A stretch of 64,000 nucleotides of DNA from NCBI GenBank assembly GCA_949299935.1, contig CASGCE010000031.1:47643-111642 (forward strand). Direction: 5' to 3'. The stretch comes from an uncultured bacterium (GTDB taxonomy: Bacteria; Cyanobacteriota; Vampirovibrionia; Gastranaerophilales; Gastranaerophilaceae). The notes beneath the pieces are model-generated. The model did not search any database and was not told the DNA's origin. It was given only the letters and a program-made list of their open reading frames with translations. Below, piece after piece: positions 38,536 through 47,200 of this stretch. The translations under genes and the position numbers were made by a program. Each line of letters opens with the position of its first letter. Within the stretch, counting starts at the first letter, position 1.

Positions 38536-38892
38536 CTAAACTTTATTAATCATTTGCGAGATTTTTTGCTTATTTTTATACTCTTTAATGAGTTTTTTAA
38601 GCGTTCTTTCCTCGGGAGTTTTTACTCTAAATTTATTTAAAAACCAAACCTTTGCCATTCTAAGACCCAGTTTTGAAAACAAAGGGACCTTTATACTCTG
38701 GGACGTTGTTTCCGGCAACAATTCAAAATTTTTAACAGCCAATTTTGCATAATCAATTGATGCTTTCTTAAATCTTTTGTAATCACCCATAGCAACCGAT
38801 AATATCTGATCGGACTTCAAAGATGATAGCTTTCTAACTATAGGATTAACTTTTGCCATAAACAACCTTTCTTCGGACTTTGAATATAACAT
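38536..38892 (-). CDS. Hypothetical basic protein
   Basis: 118-aa Lys-rich ORF. Its stop abuts the stop of 38275-38535. No family recognised. Confidence 0.4.
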   Translation of the reverse strand: MLYSKSEERLFMAKVNPIVRKLSSLKSDQILSVAMGDYKRFKKASIDYAKLAVKNFELLPETTSQSIKVPLFSKLGLRMAKVWFLNKFRVKTPEERTLKKLIKEYKNKQKISQMINKV

Positions 38893-39013
38893 TTACAAAT
38901 AATCATGTCAAATAAATTTGTTACTTATTGTAAATAATTTATAAAAAGCTGAAAGTTAGCTCAAAAAAATCCGTTTATAGAATTATGAGAAGTGTATTTT
39001 ACTGAGGAGCTTT

Positions 39014-39181
39014 ATGGCAGAACCAATCAAACCCGTTTTAAACGGCGATATAGGTAAAATTATACAAAAACTGGATAAAAAACTTCCGGAAAACAATCCG
39101 AGTATTTTCATGAAACCCCAAGACACAGAAGATACTACGATTACTAACGATTTTATCTTTAACCAGTTATATAAAGCGTAG
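39014..39181 (+). CDS. Possible 55-aa protein missing from the ORF track
   Basis: GAGGAG 4 nt upstream of the ATG at 39014. Translates to MAEPIKPVLNGDIGKIIQKLDKKLPENNPSIFMKPQDTEDTTITNDFIFNQLYKA, stop at 39179-39181. It falls below the track's 60-aa cut-off. Confidence 0.35.
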   Translation: MAEPIKPVLNGDIGKIIQKLDKKLPENNPSIFMKPQDTEDTTITNDFIFNQLYKA

Positions 39182-39188
39182 AATAATT

Positions 39189-40295
39189 TTATATGAGAAA
39201 CTTGCCGTTTTTGTAAATTAATACATCATCGGCAAATATTTTCCCGCCGTTTTTCATGTTTTTAATCAAATCCCAGTGAAGTCCGGAAACGTTTTTCCCG
39301 CCTGTTTCCGGATAAGAAGCGCCAACTGCCATATGGATTGCACCGCCGATTTTTTCATCAAACAATATATTGCCGGTAATCTCTTGAATCATATCGTTTG
39401 TTCCGACAGCTATCTCACCGATTCCCCTGGAACCATCATCCATATCAAGCATTGCATTCAAAAATTCTTCACCCTTTTCAGCTTTAGCTTTAACAACTTT
39501 GCCGTTTTCTATCCAAAGATGAACACCTAACGCTTCATTGCCGCGATAATTTTGCGGATAATCAAAATATATTTCGCCATTTATACCGTCTTCTACAGGA
39601 GAGGTGAAAACTTCACCGTCGGGGTAATTGTTTACTCCTGAACAGCTAATCCATTTTCTGCCCTCAACATTGAAGGTTATATCTGTTTTTTCACCGGTTA
39701 TTTTGAGTTTTTTAACGTTGTTCAGGTAATTTGCCCATTTGGTTTGCTTTTCATCAAGTTCTTTCAGCTTTTGAACAGGATCTTCAAGATCCAAATAGCA
39801 GGATTTGAAAAGAAATTCAGAATATTCATCAAAAGACATTTTAGCTTCTTGAGCGAGAGCATGAGTTGGAACATCTGCTATAACCCACTTTGCAGAGCCT
39901 TCTGCCGCACGCTTCATAAGCATTTCTGAAAGTGCTTTCGTAGCTTTCCCGCGTCTTGCAAGTTTACCCAAATCAGCATGCGCCATACATTTTGTATTCA
40001 ATGGACTTCCTATAGAGATGAATTTATCAACTGTTTCATATTCAAGTTTTGTTATCGGATCAACATAATCCAGTTGTTCATCAGAAGCGTATCTTATAAA
40101 CAATTCCGCCATATCACCATAACCCGTTCTTAAAAGCGGATGACCACCGCGCTCTAAAACACGCTTATATATAGCTCTTACAAGGTCTTTTGCGTAAATA
40201 CTCTCCGCCCTGATTTCAACCAAATCCCCTTTTTGAACGTCAGTAGAATAGTCAACCAAAACTTGAGCATATCTATCCCAAACTGTCTTATTCAT
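39189..40295 (-). CDS. Aminopeptidase, peptidase family M29 (AmpS/PepS-like)
   Basis: 368 aa. N-terminal WDRYAQVLVDYS...KGD.V.I and C-terminal GTNDMI...EKIGGAIHMAVG match my recollection of M29 thermophilic metalloproteases. Confidence 0.75.
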   Translation of the reverse strand: MNKTVWDRYAQVLVDYSTDVQKGDLVEIRAESIYAKDLVRAIYKRVLERGGHPLLRTGYGDMAELFIRYASDEQLDYVDPITKLEYETVDKFISIGSPLNTKCMAHADLGKLARRGKATKALSEMLMKRAAEGSAKWVIADVPTHALAQEAKMSFDEYSEFLFKSCYLDLEDPVQKLKELDEKQTKWANYLNNVKKLKITGEKTDITFNVEGRKWISCSGVNNYPDGEVFTSPVEDGINGEIYFDYPQNYRGNEALGVHLWIENGKVVKAKAEKGEEFLNAMLDMDDGSRGIGEIAVGTNDMIQEITGNILFDEKIGGAIHMAVGASYPETGGKNVSGLHWDLIKNMKNGGKIFADDVLIYKNGKFLI

Positions 40296-41103
40296 CTTCT
40301 TCGCCCTCTAAAGATTGATAACCGTGCTTGTGAGATTTTAAAAGAACTCCGCGTTTTGAAGTTTGGATAAAATCAATCATCTTTTCAATATATTCATTCA
40401 TCGGAATTTCAGCTTTGATTTTTTCAATAGCTTGAGTTGTGTTCAATTCTTCAGAAATAAGCAATTTGAATGCTTCATTGGTTGCCGTTCTGATTTCTTG
40501 AGATACTCCGCGGCGTTTCATAGCAATGACATTAAGTCCACGCGGAACAGGAGGACGACCTTCACCTTTTGAATAAGGTAAAATATCCTGACGAGAAGCT
40601 GAAAAGCCGGAAATTATCGCCATATCACCAATTCTAATGTTTTGATGGAATACACTCATACCACCGACAAAAGCACCAAAACCAACGTGAACGTGACCGC
40701 CTAATGTTACAAGGTTGGCTAAAATAACTTGATCAGCAAGTACACAGTTATGCGCAACATGCGAACCAACCATCAAAAGACATTTGTTACCGATTCTTGT
40801 GGTAAAATCGCCGCATGCGGCACCTCTGTGAATGGTTACATTTTCTTTTATGATAGTATCATCACCGATAACAACTTTTGTTTCTTCGCCCTTATAACCC
40901 AAATCCTGAGGCTCTGAACCAATTGTTGCAAATGGCGAAATCGTACAGCGCTCACCAATTTCAGCATGTTCAATATAAGCATTTGCTATAACTTTTGTCT
41001 TACTTCCTATTTTTACATTTTCACCTATAACTACGTAAGGCCCGATTATTGCGTCATTTGCAATTTGTGCCGACGGGTGAATGACTGCTGTTTTATCTAT
41101 CAT
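40288..41103 (-). CDS. lpxA: Acyl-ACP--UDP-N-acetylglucosamine O-acyltransferase
   Basis: MIDKTAVIHPSAQI start, hexapeptide repeats, and the C-terminal helical domain with GLNVIAMKRRG. Confidence 0.92.
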   Translation of the reverse strand: MIDKTAVIHPSAQIANDAIIGPYVVIGENVKIGSKTKVIANAYIEHAEIGERCTISPFATIGSEPQDLGYKGEETKVVIGDDTIIKENVTIHRGAACGDFTTRIGNKCLLMVGSHVAHNCVLADQVILANLVTLGGHVHVGFGAFVGGMSVFHQNIRIGDMAIISGFSASRQDILPYSKGEGRPPVPRGLNVIAMKRRGVSQEIRTATNEAFKLLISEELNTTQAIEKIKAEIPMNEYIEKMIDFIQTSKRGVLLKSHKHGYQSLEGEEDE

Positions 41104-41423
41104 GATTACCTCTCTTCTTAATTTTACGATATTACAATTATATTATAAATAAGGCTATGCTTTAAAATTTTAATATTATCTTAATCTCATGCCAGTTATT
41201 ATTAAACCCTCTATAAATTATTACAAAATCTAAAAATATAAACCAGTATTGTTCCAAAACACAATCAAATAGTATAAACCGCTTCAGTTATAAATAAAAA
41301 ATCCTTTGCAGAAAAGACTTTTTTAGTAACTTGTTATAAAAACATTTCATTTGAATCTAACAGTCTTTTCATAATTATATTTTTGTCATATTATATAAAT
41401 ATAGGATTTTTGAAGGGGAAATT

Positions 41424-42371
41424 ATGGCAAGAAACAGAATTGGAATTGATGTTGGCGGAACTAATGTTAAAATTGCACTTGTTGACGACAATGGCGGCAT
41501 TTTGTATTCAAATTCCGTACCTACACGTGCAGAAATGGGTTATGAGTACACAGTAAACAACATAAAGCAGGCAATACGTGACTTGATGTCTGAAACAAAA
41601 GTTACCAATATTGAAGGCATCGGCTTTGATTTTCCGGGGCAAATTGATTACAAAAACGGTATCGTACGACTTGCTCCGAATATTCCGGGTTGGGTTAATA
41701 TCCCGATAGCAAAAATTATAGAAGATGAATTCAAAATCCCCACAAGAATTGATAATGACGTTCACTGCGCAGCACTTGGAGAACTTAATTTCGGAGCAGG
41801 AAAAGGTTGCGAAAACTTTATCTGTATGACCGTTGGAACAGGTATTGGTTCAGGCATTGTAATAAACGGAAAACTTGTCAGAGGTGCATCAAATGCTGCG
41901 GGAGAATTAGGGCACATAAAACTTCAAATGCATGAAGGCCCTTTATGCGGCTGCGGAGATTACGGATGTTTGGAAGCCTTTGCATCAGGACCTTCGATTG
42001 TTGCTATGGCAGAAGAATATATTATGGGCGGCAAATCAACCAAGTATCGTGAAATCGCTAACGGAAGCGAAATAACACCTTTTGTTGTTGCAGAAGCTGC
42101 AAAACAGGGTGACCCTGTTGCAAGAAGAATCTTTACAAGGGTTGGCGAATATATAGGATTTGGACTTGCCAGTGTTGTAAACCTTTTAAATCCTGAAAAA
42201 ATAATTATCGGCGGCGGAGTTGCTGATGCAGGCGATATTTTACTTAATCCTATAAGAGAAACTATTAAAAAACGTGCAATGGTTGTTGCAGAATCAGCTG
42301 TAGAAATTGTTCCGGCAAAACTTGGAAATACTGCAGGTGTTATAGGGGCAAGTTTACTAATAGAAAGTTAA
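41424..42371 (+). CDS. glk: ROK-family glucokinase
   Basis: GIDVGGTNVK ATP motif and the ROK zinc motif GHIKL...CGCGDYGCLE. Confidence 0.85.
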   Translation: MARNRIGIDVGGTNVKIALVDDNGGILYSNSVPTRAEMGYEYTVNNIKQAIRDLMSETKVTNIEGIGFDFPGQIDYKNGIVRLAPNIPGWVNIPIAKIIEDEFKIPTRIDNDVHCAALGELNFGAGKGCENFICMTVGTGIGSGIVINGKLVRGASNAAGELGHIKLQMHEGPLCGCGDYGCLEAFASGPSIVAMAEEYIMGGKSTKYREIANGSEITPFVVAEAAKQGDPVARRIFTRVGEYIGFGLASVVNLLNPEKIIIGGGVADAGDILLNPIRETIKKRAMVVAESAVEIVPAKLGNTAGVIGASLLIES

Positions 42372-42374
42372 AAC

Positions 42375-42409
42375 AAAATGGGATAATACTACACATATTA
42401 TCCCATTTT
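42375..42409 (+). terminator. Rho-independent terminator after glk
   Basis: 13-bp stem AAAATGGGATAAT / ATTATCCCATTTT with a 9-nt loop, running into Ts. Confidence 0.7.
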
Positions 42410-42577
42410 CTCGGTTGTAACGGCAGGGAATCATGCTGTCCCTGAACCCAACCGACGGTGCCATCATAAGTTATATGTGAATTACCTGCATATTTATATG
42501 AAAAATTATTCACAAACAACTCCCCGCATTTTTGCATGTCCCAGCAAATCCGGGATTGATTCGGGTTTGACACCGTT

Positions 42578-43057
42578 TTAATCTTTAATTTCCACCTTGT
42601 GCGGTTTGTAATTTTCGGTGTCTTGTTTGGGTATCGTTATTTTTAAAACACCGTCTTTGTATTTCGCATATGCTTGCGTACTTTTGACAGGTTGATCAAA
42701 AGATATTGTCCGTTTGTATTTACCATATCGAAATTCACTTGTGTGATAACGTGCATTCTTCTCGGATTCTTCTTTTTCTTCCTTTTCTTCCTGTATTTCC
42801 GCAGTTATTGTCATGAAATCATTATCGATTTCAATCTCAATATCATCCTTTTTTATACCCGGAAGCTGAACCTTTACGTTGTAATCATCTTTATTTTGTT
42901 TAACCTCAATTGCAGGTCTCCATATTGATGTCTTTTTTATGTTTAACGGATTCGCAAAATGATTAGTTAAAAGAGTATCTCTTAAAAAGTTGTTCAGTTC
43001 TTGATGAATACTATCAAAATAAAGCTCCGGTTCCCTTATTATTATATCGTGTTTCAT
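42578..43057 (-). CDS. Hsp20/alpha-crystallin small heat-shock protein
   Basis: WRPAIEVKQ..., LPGIKKDDIEIEI, DGVLKITIPK. Start taken at the ATG at 43057 (AGGAG RBS) rather than 43105. Confidence 0.9.
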   Translation of the reverse strand: MKHDIIIREPELYFDSIHQELNNFLRDTLLTNHFANPLNIKKTSIWRPAIEVKQNKDDYNVKVQLPGIKKDDIEIEIDNDFMTITAEIQEEKEEKEESEKNARYHTSEFRYGKYKRTISFDQPVKSTQAYAKYKDGVLKITIPKQDTENYKPHKVEIKD

Positions 43058-43198
43058 GCAAACTCCTTTCCTTTTCAAAATAAACTTTTTTTTTATTTGT
43101 TTCATTCTCTTATCGATTAATAATTTTTTTTTAATTATACACTTTTGATTAATAGAATTAATCCATACTTATTAAATAATAATTCCAGGAGGTCTATT

Positions 43199-44224
43199 AT
43201 GGCAATAAAAATGTTAGTATTCGAGTATCGTGAAACAGAACATAAATTTTTTGGTCAAAATAAGTTTTGTAATTATGATATAAGTTTTTTTGATTTTAGT
43301 CTAAATGAAGAAACTATTAATAAATTGTCTGACGAAGATATTGAACAAGCAGCTATTATAAGTCCATTTATAAATTCGGTACTTACAAAGAAAATTATCG
43401 ATCGTTTTAAAAATCTACGTGTTATTGCAATGCGCTCGACAGGTTATGACAATGTAGATAAAAAAGCCTGTATTCAAAGGAATATAGCTCTTTTAAACGT
43501 CCAAAACTACGGAGAAACAGCCGTTGCAGAATTCACTATGGGGTTAATAATCGGGATTGTAAGAAACATTTTTCATTCTGTAATAAGTGTAAAAAATAAC
43601 GATTATGTAAATACCTCTTTTGTAGGAAGGGATTTAGAAAAACTGACACTTGGAGTTATAGGAACAGGCGCGATAGGAGCCACCGTCTGCCGACTTGCTT
43701 ATGCATTTAAAATGAAAATTCTTGCATACGATCTGGTTGAAAAGACAGAGTTGCAGGATAAATACAATGTTAATTTTACGACTCTGGATTTTCTAATACG
43801 CAACTCGGATGTTATAACACTACATGTGCCATATACAGGTGATAATTATCATATGTTCTCAAAACACGAATTTGATCTGATGAAACAAAACTCATACTTT
43901 ATAAATGTTTCACGCGGAGAGCTTGTTGACACAACTTACTTAAAGGAAAATCTTGATAATGGAAAAATACTTGCAGCTGCTTTAGATGTCGTTGCGTGTA
44001 ATTATAACATCGATTGCGAAAAATTTTCAGGGAAAATTGAAAAATCTTCTATTGAATGTCTTCAAAATTCTAAAATTGTTCAAGAATTAATCCGAATGCC
44101 TAACGTTTTTGTCACTCCTCATATTGCTTATGAATCACAAGATGCTATTGATTTTATACTAACAAGAACGTTTGATGGAATTTCTGATTTTATCAACGGT
44201 GGCAGCAAAAACAGAGTTTTTTAG
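43199..44224 (+). CDS. D-isomer-specific 2-hydroxyacid dehydrogenase (LdhA/SerA family)
   Basis: GVIGTGAIGATV NAD motif, VSRGELVD, VTPHIAY. Start taken at the ATG at 43199 (GGAGG RBS). Confidence 0.85.
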   Translation: MAIKMLVFEYRETEHKFFGQNKFCNYDISFFDFSLNEETINKLSDEDIEQAAIISPFINSVLTKKIIDRFKNLRVIAMRSTGYDNVDKKACIQRNIALLNVQNYGETAVAEFTMGLIIGIVRNIFHSVISVKNNDYVNTSFVGRDLEKLTLGVIGTGAIGATVCRLAYAFKMKILAYDLVEKTELQDKYNVNFTTLDFLIRNSDVITLHVPYTGDNYHMFSKHEFDLMKQNSYFINVSRGELVDTTYLKENLDNGKILAAALDVVACNYNIDCEKFSGKIEKSSIECLQNSKIVQELIRMPNVFVTPHIAYESQDAIDFILTRTFDGISDFINGGSKNRVF

Positions 44225-44276
44225 ATAAAATTTGTTAAAATTTTGCCTATAAAATATAATATTTTATAATTAAAGA

Positions 44277-45605
44277 ATGAAAATAGGATTTATACCAATA
44301 GATAATCGTCCGGTATGTTATACTTTGCCGAAACAAATAGCGGCAATTGACGATAGTATTGAACTTTTTATACCGGATAGAAATCTGCTTGGAGATTTAA
44401 CCCGATATGCAGATATTCGAAAACTTTTTCGATGGTTAGATAATCTTCCGGAACTTGATGCGCTTATAATTTCTCTTGATACCCTTGCTTATGGCGGATT
44501 AATTCCTTCAAGAAAATCCTCGGATACTTTTGAGATTATTAAATCCAGAATACAAAAATTGAAAGAAATTCTTTCAAATAAAAATACTCAAATACACGCT
44601 TTTTCAAGCATTATGAGAATTTCAAACAACAATATTAATGAAGAAGAAAAAGATTATTGGGCAAAATGGGGCAAAAAAATATTTAATTACTCATACTCCA
44701 TGGATAAATATGGCACTGTTTGCACAAAAGAAGTCCCTGATCAAATTCTTAAGGATTATCTTAATACAAGAAAAAGAAATTTTGAGATAAACAAACTCTA
44801 CCTTGAAATGGCAAATCAAAGATTTTTTAAAACTCTTGTTTTCTCAAAAGATGACTGTGCCCAATACGGTTTTAATGTTCAAGAGGCTAAGGCTCTTAAA
44901 AATCTTGGAGGACTAATCAAGACAGGAGCGGACGAAATTCCTCTAACACTTTTGGCAAAAGCAATTAAAGGCAATGTAAATATTGCGCCGATATTTTTAG
45001 AGCCTGATAGCATAAACCTTATTTCTAATTATGAGGATATTTCAGTCCAGAAAAGTGTTACTGAGCAAATTAATCTGGCAGGATGTAACGTTTCTGATAA
45101 AGAAAATGCAGATATCTTACTTTATATTAATAATTTCAAAAATCATCAGGGCGAAATCGTAATGAATATCGATACCGAGCCATTCAAAGGTACTTGGTGC
45201 AAACCGGATAAACCTTATATGATAGCTGATATACGTTTTACAAACGGAAGTGATAATTGCTTTGTTCAAGAATTGTTTAAAAATGATTTAGATAATAATT
45301 TTTACGGATATTCTGCGTGGAATACCACAGCAAATAGCCTTGGTAGCCTTATTTGTGCCGCAAAAATTAAATTCTTAGCACAAAATTATAATGACACAGC
45401 ATTTAAAAAACTTGAAATTATAAGATTTTTGGATGATTGGGCATATCAAGCAAATGTGCGACAACAATCGCCTGATAATAAATCCGTTAAAGATAAAATG
45501 TCTGGATTTGAAAAAATTGTATTTAATAAAATTGGCCTGCACACAGATGTTAATTATAAATTCCCGTGGAACAGGCTATTTGAGGTGGAAATTGAGCTTA
45601 ATTGA
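44277..45605 (+). CDS. Conserved uncharacterised protein (possibly DUF4127 family)
   Basis: 442-aa ORF. The N-terminus MKIGFIPIDNRPVCYTLP resembles what I recall of DUF4127 proteins. The family assignment is uncertain. Confidence 0.45.
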   Translation: MKIGFIPIDNRPVCYTLPKQIAAIDDSIELFIPDRNLLGDLTRYADIRKLFRWLDNLPELDALIISLDTLAYGGLIPSRKSSDTFEIIKSRIQKLKEILSNKNTQIHAFSSIMRISNNNINEEEKDYWAKWGKKIFNYSYSMDKYGTVCTKEVPDQILKDYLNTRKRNFEINKLYLEMANQRFFKTLVFSKDDCAQYGFNVQEAKALKNLGGLIKTGADEIPLTLLAKAIKGNVNIAPIFLEPDSINLISNYEDISVQKSVTEQINLAGCNVSDKENADILLYINNFKNHQGEIVMNIDTEPFKGTWCKPDKPYMIADIRFTNGSDNCFVQELFKNDLDNNFYGYSAWNTTANSLGSLICAAKIKFLAQNYNDTAFKKLEIIRFLDDWAYQANVRQQSPDNKSVKDKMSGFEKIVFNKIGLHTDVNYKFPWNRLFEVEIELN

Positions 45606-46140
45606 TATAATATTACTTGCAATAGCACTTGGTATAGATTGCCTACTTGTTTCATTTTCACAAGGGTTGATGCTTCGAGGGAAAAAAACTGTTAATTCCT
45701 TCAAGTTAGCATTAACAATGGGATTATTCCAAGGCTTAATGCCGTGCATTGGATATACAGGAACAAATTATATTTATGAATTGGTCGAACCGTATAGCAA
45801 ATGGGTTGCTTTCGGCATATTTTTCGTTTTGGGAATGAAATTTATACTTGAAGCATTTGAAACCGCAAAAGAAGAAATATGCTGTATAGAATTTAGATGT
45901 TTAATAAGTTTGGGCGTTGCAACCAGTATTGATGCCCTCGTCGCCGGTGCAAATTTAAATCTGTTACATACACCCTTATTAAATGCTGCAGTATTAATAG
46001 GTTTAGTGTCATTTTTTATGTCTTTGGTCGGGTTTTGGTTCGGCAACTTCCTGAAAAAATTCAATAAAAAGTATTTGGAAGTAACAGGTGGCATAATCCT
46101 AATTTTTCTTGCTTTAAAATCAATCATTACAATATTTTAA
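45592..46140 (+). CDS. mntP: Manganese efflux pump MntP family
   Basis: Six hydrophobic segments with duplicated DUF204-type motifs (ALGIDCLLVSF and ATSIDALVAG). I prefer the TTG at 45592 (GAGG 6 nt upstream). The ORF-track start at 45433 lies inside the previous gene. Confidence 0.8.
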   Translation: MSLIDIILLAIALGIDCLLVSFSQGLMLRGKKTVNSFKLALTMGLFQGLMPCIGYTGTNYIYELVEPYSKWVAFGIFFVLGMKFILEAFETAKEEICCIEFRCLISLGVATSIDALVAGANLNLLHTPLLNAAVLIGLVSFFMSLVGFWFGNFLKKFNKKYLEVTGGIILIFLALKSIITIF

Positions 46141-46201
46141 GGCATGCCAACAAGTGCAAAACCCTGAAATATTAATAAATAATTTACATTTCTTAATACA
46201 A

Positions 46202-46251
46202 TTTTAAACCATGTAAAACCATGCTGCAACATGGGTTTTCATGGTTTAAAA
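46202..46251. other. Long imperfect hairpin (~20 bp stem, 6-nt loop)
   Basis: TTTTAAACCATGtAAAACCATG-CTGCAA-CATGGgTTTTCATGGTTTAAAA, with one bulge on each arm. Lies 60 nt downstream of mntP. No adjacent U-tract on either strand. Confidence 0.5.
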
Positions 46252-46362
46252 TCTTATGAGCATGATATAGCTTTATTTAACATGTAACTAACACCTTTAA
46301 ATACTATGTATAAAAGCATTTGAGGCTATTGTTACAAATCTTCATAACAACATGTTCGCCCC

Positions 46363-46390
46363 TTGAAAAATAAAACTTATTCCCTATAAT
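46363..46390 (+). promoter_or_regulatory. Sigma-70-like promoter (TTGAAA-N16-TATAAT)
   Basis: Read directly from the sequence. It would give a ~125-nt leader before the ATG at 46522. Confidence 0.5.
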
Positions 46391-46521
46391 GTTAGTATAA
46401 ACAGGTCGGAGATAGTTGATACAAGCGACCTCAGGGGTGGGATAGAGACAACTTGGTTGTCTGTATCGCGTGTGCAGATAGTTTAATTTGGAGATTACAT
46501 AAATTGTTTAGAAGTAGAGAT

Positions 46522-46725
46522 ATGGGTAGAGCTGTTGCCGTAAGAAGATGGACACCAACCGCTCTGGAGTGTTATAAAAGAGGTTGTAATTGCGAGGGAT
46601 GTTTTTATAAAGATTTCTTTAGCGGATCTTCTCAAAAATGCCAAATGAAGGCTTCCGTGTTGGAATTAGTGCGAGTAATCGGTACGCCGAATGTTGAATT
46701 ACCTCAATTTATTCTTGAAGATTAA
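46522..46725 (+). CDS. Hypothetical small Cys-rich protein
   Basis: 67 aa from the ATG at 46522 (MGRAVAVRRWTPTALECYKRGCNCEGCFYKDFF...KCQM). The N-terminal 23 codons in the ORF track (from 46453) overlap predicted leader hairpins. Confidence 0.5.
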   Translation: MGRAVAVRRWTPTALECYKRGCNCEGCFYKDFFSGSSQKCQMKASVLELVRVIGTPNVELPQFILED

Positions 46726-46790
46726 AACCCCTTTAAAAAATCCTTTTGTTATGTTATACTGCAATAGCAGTATAATAATGGAGGTTTTAA

Positions 46791-47159
46791 ATGCACATTC
46801 ACGTAAACGGAAGAAACATTGAAATTACTGATGCTATCAAGGCTTATGTAAAAGAGAAAATAGGCAAAGTTGCTGCGCATTATGATCAAATTCAGGGAAT
46901 CGACGTAGTTTTGTCGGTAATAAAAAATCCCTCAGCATCAGGAAAACATGTTGCTGAGGTTTCTTGCAAAATGGCTTCCGGCGTAGTACGCTGTGAAGAA
47001 GCTGCTGAATCTATGTATGCAAGCATTGATTTATTAGCTGACAAGTTGGCAAGACAAATAGAAAAATATAAAGGTAAAACACTTACTCCGAGTAAAGAAT
47101 CTATTCGAACAGATTCTGTTGAAGAAAGTGAAGATACCGACAAAGAAATTGTTGAATAA
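46791..47159 (+). CDS. hpf: Ribosome hibernation promoting factor (short HPF/RaiA family)
   Basis: MHIHVNGRNIEITDAIKAYVKEKI...YASIDLLADKLARQIEKYK is the sigma-54 modulation protein/S30EA signature pattern. Confidence 0.9.
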   Translation: MHIHVNGRNIEITDAIKAYVKEKIGKVAAHYDQIQGIDVVLSVIKNPSASGKHVAEVSCKMASGVVRCEEAAESMYASIDLLADKLARQIEKYKGKTLTPSKESIRTDSVEESEDTDKEIVE

Positions 47160-47163
47160 CACG

Positions 47164-47190
47164 AAAAGAGCCTTAACAGGCTCTTTTTAA
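47164..47190. terminator. Bidirectional terminator between hpf and the convergent pilin-like gene
   Basis: AAAAGAGCC-TTAACA-GGCTCTTTT, flanked by A and T runs. Confidence 0.75.
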
Positions 47191-47200
47191 TATTTTGATA

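Noticed and set aside
42340-42573. 77-aa GTG-start ORF on the minus strand downstream of hsp20.
   Set aside because: It runs through the glk terminator hairpin and into the glk coding region. It has no RBS and no recognisable family. The 170-bp region remains unexplained, but I cannot support a gene call.
45433-45591. N-terminal 53-codon extension of the mntP ORF as listed in the track.
   Set aside because: It lies entirely inside the preceding 442-aa gene in another frame and is not hydrophobic. The TTG at 45592 with a GAGG RBS gives a normal-length MntP.
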